Assembly (NCBI GenBank): GCA_036639635.1
Contig: JAVWIF010000004.1
Span: 8,646-72,645, forward strand
Origin: Longicatena sp.
GTDB lineage: Bacteria; Bacillota_I; Bacilli_A; Erysipelotrichales; Erysipelotrichaceae
DNA length: 64,000 bases
Direction of reading: 5' to 3'
Part shown: piece after piece, positions 57,606 to 64,000 of the stretch
Numbering within the stretch: position 1 is the stretch's first letter
Layout of the letters: each line of letters starts with the position of its first letter
The notes under the pieces: generated by a model
Seen by the model: the letters and a program-made list of their open reading frames with translations, nothing else
Told to the model about the DNA's origin: nothing
Database searches by the model: none
Made by a program: the position numbers and the translations under genes

Positions 57606-60236
57606 ATGAATAAGAAGTATGTCTATCTTTTTTCTGAAGGTAATGGAGAATTGCGAGAGTTATTAGGTGGAAAAGGTGCCAATTTAGCAGAAATGATGAA
57701 TTTGGGAATGCCAGTTCCTTTTGGCTTTACGGTAACAACAGAAGCTTGTAACCAATATTACCATGATGAAGAAAAGATTAATGAAGGAATTCGTAAAGAA
57801 ATTTTTGAGTACTTAATGAAATTAGAAGAAATTTCACAAAAACAATTTGGAGATCCTAAAAATCCATTGTTGGTATCTGTAAGATCAGGAGCACGCGCTA
57901 GTATGCCTGGTATGATGGATACGATTTTAAACTTAGGAATGAATGATGAAGTGGTAGAAGGGGTAGCTAAATTAACGCAAAACCCTCGCTTTGCATATGA
58001 TTCTTATCGTCGTTTTATTCAAATGTTTGCGGATGTTGTAATGGGACTCAACAAAGCAAAATTTGAAGAGATTATTGATGATATAAAGCAAGCAAAAAAA
58101 GTAGAACAAGATACTGATTTAGATGCTGATGATATGAAAGAAATGGTGAAACGATTTAAACAGTTCTATCAAGAATCTTTGAATGAAACATTTCCAAGTG
58201 ATCCTAAAGAACAACTATATCGCTCCATTGAAGCAGTATTCCGTTCTTGGAATAATCAAAGAGCAATCTTCTATCGTAAGATGAATGATATTCCAGGAAG
58301 TTGGGGAACCGCAGTTAGTGTTCAAATGATGGTATTTGGAAACATGGGTTCTGATTGTGGAACAGGAGTAGCATTTACACGTAATCCTTCTACTGGTGAA
58401 AACAAACTATATGGAGAGTTCTTGATGAACGCACAAGGTGAAGATGTTGTTGCGGGAATTAGAACACCACAAACAATTGATCAGTTAAAGAAAATTGCAC
58501 CAGAAGCTTATGATAAATTTGTAAATATATGTAATACTTTAGAAAAGCATTATAAGAATATGCAAGATATGGAATTTACAATTGAAAATGGTAACTTATT
58601 TATGTTGCAAACACGGAATGGAAAACGTACGGCAGCAAGTGCTTTAAAAATTGCTTGTGATATGGTAGATGAGGGAATGATTACCAAAGATGAAGCTCTT
58701 ATGATGGTAGAACCAAAACAATTAGATGCCTTATTACATCCAGGTTTTGAAGAAAAAGATTTAAAAGATGCAAAAGTAATTGCGTCAGCATTACCGGCAT
58801 CTCCTGGCTCTGCTTGTGGACAAATAGTGTTCTCAGCACAAGAGGCAATCGAAGAGACTTCCCTTGGTCATAAAGTTATTTTAGTAAGACTTGAAACTTC
58901 TCCTGAAGATATTGAAGGAATGCATGTATCAGAAGGTATCTTAACAGTACGCGGTGGTATGACGAGTCATGCTGCAGTTGTTGCTCGTGGAATGGGAGCT
59001 TGTTGTGTTTCTGGTTGTGGAGATATTAAAATTAATGAAAAAGAAAAATATTTTGAAGTTGGTGGAAATAAATACCATAAAGGTGAATATATTTCATTAG
59101 ATGGTTCTACTGGTAATATTTATGGTCGTAAAGTAAAGACGGTACCAGCACAAATATCAGGTGATTTTGAACGATTCATGAAGTGGGCAGATGAAGTACG
59201 TGTATTAAAGGTTAGAACCAATGCAGATACGCCTAAAGATGCACAACAAGCAGTAGGCTTTGGAGCAGAAGGTATTGGACTAGTACGTACAGAACATATG
59301 TTCTTTGAAGGAAATCGTATTAAAGCAGTACGTGAGATGATTGTTTCTAAAACAGAAGGACAACGTCGTAAAGCACTAGCAAAACTATTGCCAATGCAAC
59401 GTGGTGACTTTGAAGGAATCTATGAAGCAATGCATGGATTACCGGTAACAATTCGTTACTTAGACCCACCTTTACATGAATTCTTACCAACAAGTAGTTT
59501 TGATGTTGCACAACTTGCTAAAGATATGAAAATTGGCTTAGACGAATTACGTAATGTTATTGTAAGTTTACATGAATTTAACCCAATGATGGGACATCGT
59601 GGATGTCGTTTAGCAATTTCTTATCCTGAAATTGCAGAGATGCAAACAACGGCGGTTATTGAAGCCGCAGTTGCTACAAATAGGAAACATCCTGATTGGA
59701 ATGTTGTTCCAGAAATTATGATTCCTTTAGTAGGAGATAAAGCAGAACTTAAATATGTTAAAGATGTGGTAGTTCGTACTGCTGATGAAGTTTTAAAACG
59801 TGAGAAATTTGAAATGGATTATCATGTTGGTACGATGATAGAAATACCTCGTGCAGCGCTTCTAGCAGATGAAATTGCTGAAGAAGCAGCATTCTTTAGC
59901 TTTGGAACAAATGACTTAACACAGATGACATATGGCTTCTCACGTGATGATGCTGGTGGATTCTTGAATGATTACTATGAAAAGAAAATATTTGAACAAG
60001 ATCCATTTGCTAGAGTTGACCAAAAAGGTGTTGGTAGATTAATAGAAATGGCAGTTAAGTTAGGACGTCAGACAAATCCTGATATTAAATTAGGTATTTG
60101 TGGAGAACATGGTGGTGATCCTGCTTCTATTGAATTCTGTCATCGAATGGGATTAAGCTATGTTTCTTGTAGTCCATTTAGAGTTCCTATAGCTCGTTTA
60201 GCTGCAGCGCAAGCAGCCATTCGTGATAAAAAATAA
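57606..60236 (+). CDS. ppdK: Pyruvate, phosphate dikinase
   Basis: GGKGANLAEM; phospho-His motif GGMTSHAAVVARG; C-terminal PEP/pyruvate domain (GTNDLTQ, GICGEHGGDP). 876 aa. Confidence 0.96.
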   Translation: MNKKYVYLFSEGNGELRELLGGKGANLAEMMNLGMPVPFGFTVTTEACNQYYHDEEKINEGIRKEIFEYLMKLEEISQKQFGDPKNPLLVSVRSGARASMPGMMDTILNLGMNDEVVEGVAKLTQNPRFAYDSYRRFIQMFADVVMGLNKAKFEEIIDDIKQAKKVEQDTDLDADDMKEMVKRFKQFYQESLNETFPSDPKEQLYRSIEAVFRSWNNQRAIFYRKMNDIPGSWGTAVSVQMMVFGNMGSDCGTGVAFTRNPSTGENKLYGEFLMNAQGEDVVAGIRTPQTIDQLKKIAPEAYDKFVNICNTLEKHYKNMQDMEFTIENGNLFMLQTRNGKRTAASALKIACDMVDEGMITKDEALMMVEPKQLDALLHPGFEEKDLKDAKVIASALPASPGSACGQIVFSAQEAIEETSLGHKVILVRLETSPEDIEGMHVSEGILTVRGGMTSHAAVVARGMGACCVSGCGDIKINEKEKYFEVGGNKYHKGEYISLDGSTGNIYGRKVKTVPAQISGDFERFMKWADEVRVLKVRTNADTPKDAQQAVGFGAEGIGLVRTEHMFFEGNRIKAVREMIVSKTEGQRRKALAKLLPMQRGDFEGIYEAMHGLPVTIRYLDPPLHEFLPTSSFDVAQLAKDMKIGLDELRNVIVSLHEFNPMMGHRGCRLAISYPEIAEMQTTAVIEAAVATNRKHPDWNVVPEIMIPLVGDKAELKYVKDVVVRTADEVLKREKFEMDYHVGTMIEIPRAALLADEIAEEAAFFSFGTNDLTQMTYGFSRDDAGGFLNDYYEKKIFEQDPFARVDQKGVGRLIEMAVKLGRQTNPDIKLGICGEHGGDPASIEFCHRMGLSYVSCSPFRVPIARLAAAQAAIRDKK

Positions 60237-60240
60237 TTTA

Positions 60241-60277
60241 AAAGAAGGTTGCATTGGCTAATGTAACCTTTTTTTTT
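60241..60277 (+). terminator. ppdK terminator
   Basis: AAGGTTGCATT-ggct-AATGTAACCTT followed by T7. Confidence 0.85.
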
Positions 60278-60452
60278 GATGTGAAAATATATTAATAAGA
60301 AAATGAAATAAGCTGATAGAAGAACATATAATTGATATTGTATGTGGAAATACAATAAGTTGCCTAGAATAGAAGGATGATAAGATATTTATGGAGGAAG
60401 TTTAGGATTTACTCGTAATATATTTGTCTTTCTATTTGAATTAAAGTAAAAT

Positions 60453-60944
60453 ATGATAAAATCGTATCATATGATTTTGAACGATTATGTTCATTATAAA
60501 TCTCCAAAGAATAGAATAAAGAGATTAACAGATGAAGAAAAAATGATTAGGCTTTGCAAAGGCTAATATGAAACCGATAAAAAAACTTCTGGTTACTTAG
60601 TTGCTAATGCTATATATGGACCATCTTATTTATCTTTTGAATTTGCACTTTCTTATCATGGATTAATTCCTGAAGCAGCATATACTTTTACATCAGTAAC
60701 TTTCAAAAGAAAAAAGGAAAAGAAATATACAAATTTTTTGACGCTTCATGAGTAAGTGTGGGTGAATTTCATTAAAGAAAACCATATGATATTTTATTTT
60801 ATGACTAAATCAAAGAAAGCTGTTAAATCATATTTTCTATACATCAAATTATATAATCAAAAGTATTATTTGAATAAGTATCATTTGAAAATGAAGAATA
60901 TTAAGGATGCTTTGAGCGTTGCTGTGTATTCAAAACCTTCTTGA
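60453..60944 (+). pseudogene. Remnant of an AbiEi-family (type IV TA antitoxin / abortive infection) gene
   Basis: Own translation: MIKSYHMILNDYVHYKSPKNRIKRLTDEEKMIRLCKG*YETDKKTSGYLVANAIYGPSYLSFEFALSYHGLIPEAAYTFTSVTFKRKKEKKYTNFLTLHE*. Stop TAA at 60564 falls where the family has G-L-Y-E. The PSY(I/L)S.E.AL.YHGLIPE motif is typical of AbiEi as I remember it. The downstream tail is frame-broken, and no AbiEii toxin gene follows. Confidence 0.55.
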
Positions 60945-61021
60945 TGCTTTTCTTGGATTCATGTATAGCTCCTCTTTTTTTGTCTATACTAAAAACAGAC
61001 AGGAGGATGTATATGAATAGA

Positions 61022-61513
61022 ATGATGAAAAGACTAGCTTGTTTATTATTTATTGGTGCTATGGTAAGTGGTTGTAGTATGAATAAAAAAGAGGAAACTA
61101 CCAAAGAGACAGATAAGGTAAGTGATACAACGCAAAAGGATACTAAAAAGGTCGTTGACGAAAGTAAACAGAAAGTAAATGATAGTGTGGATAATGTTAT
61201 GAAGTATTTTAAAGACCAAGGCGTTGCCTATGATAATATGAAAAATATTGAAAATATTAATTTTGCGGCCTATGAAGGTAGATCATTTATGAGCAATGGT
61301 CAAATGAGTTATATTTATCGCGTAAAGTCAGAAGATGAGAATATGCAGAAAATATTGAAAGAAGCAAAGAATAATGGAAAAGTTAAAGTAAACATTGATA
61401 ATAAGGAACAAGAGTATGGTGCAAAAGTAAATGGTGATTATTTATTATTATATAATTCTAGTGCAAATACTACGGATTTACTTAAAGCATTTCCAAATTA
61501 CAAAATACAATAG
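61022..61513 (+). CDS. Hypothetical lipoprotein
   Basis: Signal peptide with lipobox MVSGC. AGGAGG 6 nt upstream of ATG 61022; the track N-terminal extension from 60941 was rejected. Confidence 0.7.
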   Translation: MMKRLACLLFIGAMVSGCSMNKKEETTKETDKVSDTTQKDTKKVVDESKQKVNDSVDNVMKYFKDQGVAYDNMKNIENINFAAYEGRSFMSNGQMSYIYRVKSEDENMQKILKEAKNNGKVKVNIDNKEQEYGAKVNGDYLLLYNSSANTTDLLKAFPNYKIQ

Positions 61514-61517
61514 ATGG

Positions 61518-61550
61518 AAAAAAAGTCGATGAAATACAGTCGACTTTTTT
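61518..61550 (+). terminator. Terminator
   Basis: AAAAAAGTCGA-loop-TCGACTTTTTT. Confidence 0.8.
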
Positions 61551-61574
61551 GATGGAAAAGAAATTTAATTATTT

Positions 61575-61603
61575 TTGCATTGTTACATGTATGATGTTAC
61601 AAT
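61575..61603 (+). promoter_or_regulatory. Promoter of the ankyrin/WYL/DUF2779 operon with internal TGTTACA direct repeat
   Basis: TTGCAT (61575..61580), 17-bp spacer, TACAAT (61598..61603). TGTTACA occurs at 61581..61587 and 61595..61601. Confidence 0.55.
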
Positions 61604-61646
61604 AGGGTATATGATAAGGTCATCAAGATAAGAGAGGATGAACTTT

Positions 61647-62003
61647 ATGATAAACGAAAAAGTATTAGCAAAACAATTATTAAATGCCGTATGGGAAGAG
61701 GATGTTGAAATGACAAAGACAGTGCTTGCTGCAGGTGGTGATCCAAATTGGATTTTTAATGGTTATCCAATTTTATTACATGCCGTATTCACTGCAAACA
61801 AAGAAATGGTCATGACACTTATTGATGCTGGAGCATCACAAGTGGAAGAAGCACTAGGATTTGCGTTAGATCGTGGAATTGGAGAAATTGTATTTCCTTT
61901 AGCATTCCTTGGAATTGTTCCAAAGGTTGAAAAAGTGGAAAAAGAATTTGGCTTATATCCATCACGTTATTGTCCTTTGCATTATCGTCCACTTGCCCAC
62001 TAA
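61647..62003 (+). CDS. Small ankyrin-repeat protein (2 repeats)
   Basis: LLNAV.EEDVEMTKTVLAAGGDPN and GYPILLHAVFTANKEMVMTLIDAGA fit the ANK consensus (..LH.A......v..Ll..GAd.n). ATG 61647 with GAGAGGA upstream. Confidence 0.65.
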   Translation: MINEKVLAKQLLNAVWEEDVEMTKTVLAAGGDPNWIFNGYPILLHAVFTANKEMVMTLIDAGASQVEEALGFALDRGIGEIVFPLAFLGIVPKVEKVEKEFGLYPSRYCPLHYRPLAH

Positions 62004-62020
62004 AGAAAGAAGGGCTATAT

Positions 62021-62974
62021 ATGTCACGAAGTACGTTATGTATTCAAATGTTATTGTTGTTGAAGAGTAGAGGGTTTATGACACGTGAAGAACTAGCTAA
62101 TCAATTACATTGTAATAAACGCAATATTGTCGAATATAAAAAAGAGCTAGAAGATGCTGGTTATCGCATTACTAGTACGAGTGGTAAATATGGAGGGTAC
62201 CAATTAGTTAGCGGTGCCCTTTTGCCTGTGGTTGGATTTGATGATATAGAACTTCATGCATTACATGAAGGGACAAATTACTTAAAAAGTCATCATGATT
62301 TTTTAGGCTATGAAGCATATGCTCGAGCAATGGATAAAATACAAGCGAGCGTTGAATTTAGTGTAGATGAAAGTGGCGTATATATTGAAAATGAAATAAA
62401 TGATTTAACAAAGCGGATTCAATTAATGATTGAAAAATGTACCTATGCACGTAAAAGTCATTACGTGATAGAACTTACCTATAAAGCGATGAATGCAAAA
62501 GAATATAGTAAGGTACTTGTACAACCTTATGAAATATTGAATTATAAAGGAGCTTATTATTGCTTAGGATATTCTTTAAAGGCAAAAGACTTTAGAAACT
62601 TTAAATTTAGTGAAGAACGTATGAAAGACGTTGTCGTTACAACAAAACTATTTCAAAGAGAAAAAGATTTTCATGTGTTTGACCATGTGGGAAAAACCGG
62701 ATTGATGAAAGATGATGTATATGAATTAGAGATAGTATTACGTGATGAGAGTGCGTTGTTAATAAGTGAAAAAAGTATAGGGCTAGCTATGCATAAAGAA
62801 TGGCTTGATGATCACAGACTTTATGTACGTACAATTATGGAAGGAAAGATGGATGTTATAAAATTTATATTATCATTAGGAAATCAATGTGAACTTAGAA
62901 AACCTGTCACAATACGCGATGAAATAGTAAAAATTATCGAAGATATGAGAACCTTATATTCCTATTCTAGTTGA
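62021..62974 (+). CDS. HTH-WYL-domain transcriptional regulator (YafY/BrxR/CapW-like architecture)
   Basis: N-terminal wHTH (CIQMLLLLKSRGFMTREELANQLHCNKRNIVEYKKELEDAGY.I). Central WYL-type region (..VQPYEILNYKGAYYCLGYS..FRNFKFSE). C-terminal extension. ATG 62021. Confidence 0.75.
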   Translation: MSRSTLCIQMLLLLKSRGFMTREELANQLHCNKRNIVEYKKELEDAGYRITSTSGKYGGYQLVSGALLPVVGFDDIELHALHEGTNYLKSHHDFLGYEAYARAMDKIQASVEFSVDESGVYIENEINDLTKRIQLMIEKCTYARKSHYVIELTYKAMNAKEYSKVLVQPYEILNYKGAYYCLGYSLKAKDFRNFKFSEERMKDVVVTTKLFQREKDFHVFDHVGKTGLMKDDVYELEIVLRDESALLISEKSIGLAMHKEWLDDHRLYVRTIMEGKMDVIKFILSLGNQCELRKPVTIRDEIVKIIEDMRTLYSYSS

Positions 62975-63018
62975 TGTCTGCTATAATTTAAAATAAAGAA
63001 GAAAGAGAAGTGGATAGG

Positions 63019-64000
63019 ATGTATCATATATCGGATATAAAAAAATACGAACGTTGTCCAAGAAGTTTTTGGTTATCACGTTCTAATAGAAAGAACTTTA
63101 TTCCTTTTGTAAATTATAATGAAAATATGAGCGAACTTTGTAAAGAACTATTAATGATTGCAGAGGATAATGCCTTTGTTGGAAAAGTAAATGATGATGG
63201 AGCACTAGCATTGGGTGCTTATAAAGAAAAAAAGACCTTGATAAATGCACGCTTTGCTTATGAAGATGTACGTATTAAAGTACCTTTTTTACTATGCGAA
63301 GAAGATAAAACAATTCTATATTTTACATATACAAATTGCTATCCTAAAGAAAGTGAAGCACAAGGTATGGCAGATACCATTTCAGTACTTGAGGCATTAG
63401 ATATAAACGTTGATGAAGTTTATGCAATTCATTTAAATCATGAATATATTCGCAAAGATAGTTTAGATGTAAAAGAGCTATTTATTATCAATGACTGTTT
63501 ATATAATAACAAAAATAAGGCACATAAAACAATTCAAGACTTACTGGCTCAAGATAAGCGTGATATAAAGCCACTGTTGGCAGCACTACGTGCTTGTGAA
63601 GAGAGCGAAGATGTAAAAATCAAACGTACTACAGCTTGTACTAGAGGCAATAAATGTCCTTATTATGAAGATTGTTTTCGCGAGAACGTAGAAGATTCTT
63701 CTGTTCTTAGTTTGGTACAATCTGCTCATAAATATGATATGAAAGAAGATGGAATTCAAGATTTAAAGGATGTTGATATTAAACGAATTGAAGGGACACG
63801 TCATCAATATGCACAAATTATGGCCGATAAATTAGGCGGTTGTTATGTTGATAAAGGTGCACTTACTTGTTGGATAAATGAGCATATCAGCTATCCTATT
63901 TCCTATTTAGATTTTGAATGGGAAACGTTTGCTTATCCCCCATATAAAGGTATGCGTCCTTTTGATGTATTGGCATTTCAATATAGTTTGCATATAGAAG
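63019..64000 (+). CDS. DUF2779-domain protein (Cas4/RecB-like PD-(D/E)XK nuclease superfamily), 5' 327 codons only; continues beyond the window
   Basis: Own translation: MYHISDIKKYERCPRSFWLS... with a later Cys cluster (TACTRGNKCPYYEDC) and ..ISYLDFEWETFAYPPYKGMRPFDVLAFQYSLH. The last stretch matches the remembered DUF2779 hallmark (..FLDFE..  ..iP...g.rPy..iPFQ.SlH). Open at the window edge, so absent from the track. Confidence 0.7.
   Translation, partial: MYHISDIKKYERCPRSFWLSRSNRKNFIPFVNYNENMSELCKELLMIAEDNAFVGKVNDDGALALGAYKEKKTLINARFAYEDVRIKVPFLLCEEDKTILYFTYTNCYPKESEAQGMADTISVLEALDINVDEVYAIHLNHEYIRKDSLDVKELFIINDCLYNNKNKAHKTIQDLLAQDKRDIKPLLAALRACEESEDVKIKRTTACTRGNKCPYYEDCFRENVEDSSVLSLVQSAHKYDMKEDGIQDLKDVDIKRIEGTRHQYAQIMADKLGGCYVDKGALTCWINEHISYPISYLDFEWETFAYPPYKGMRPFDVLAFQYSLHIE

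Noticed and set aside
60756-61104. Track ORFs 60756..60944 (+) and 60901..61104 (-) as independent genes.
   Set aside because: The first is best explained as the frame-broken tail of the AbiEi remnant. The second is antisense to the lipoprotein signal-peptide region and has no start signals.

Overview
This 64-kb window reads as a chromosomal segment of a low-GC (AT-rich) Bacillota genome. The gene content, plus CIRCE operators on clpB as well as hrcA, suggests an Erysipelotrichales/Mollicutes-like lineage, but that is inference only. All family calls come from motifs I recognise by eye; no searches were run.

Most of the window is housekeeping:
- a partial gatZ/kbaZ-like gene and a GGDEF cyclase
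- two RluA-family pseudouridine synthases, desulfoferrodoxin, a CDF transporter and pgeF
- the hrcA-grpE-dnaK-dnaJ operon
- a Leu T-box leader followed by leuACDB
- cca, clpB, deoD-deoB and feoAB with its Cys-rich partner
- three ABC export systems, Mn-catalase, cysK-cysE, pgi and ppdK

I saw no rRNA, tRNA, CRISPR array, transposase or integrase.

Patches that look accessory or unexplained:
1. A 1.5-kb insertion bounded by 139-bp direct repeats that cuts through the hrcA CIRCE operator (7.4-9.2 kb).
2. A DUF5685-like protein translationally coupled to a J-domain protein ending in a cysteine string, just downstream of clpB (23.9-25.3 kb).
3. A RecB-type nuclease fused to an XPD/DinG-type Fe-S helicase, coupled to a DUF218 membrane protein (30.8-33.9 kb).
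4. A Cys-codon upstream ORF in the cysK leader (43.16-43.24 kb).
5. A gene killed only by nonsense codons (44.8-45.2 kb).
6. A defence-island-like end of the window: a decayed AbiEi antitoxin gene, then an ankyrin / WYL-regulator / DUF2779-nuclease operon that is truncated by the window edge (60.4-64.0 kb).

Items 2 and 6 are my best candidates for an undescribed system. Both remain hypotheses.
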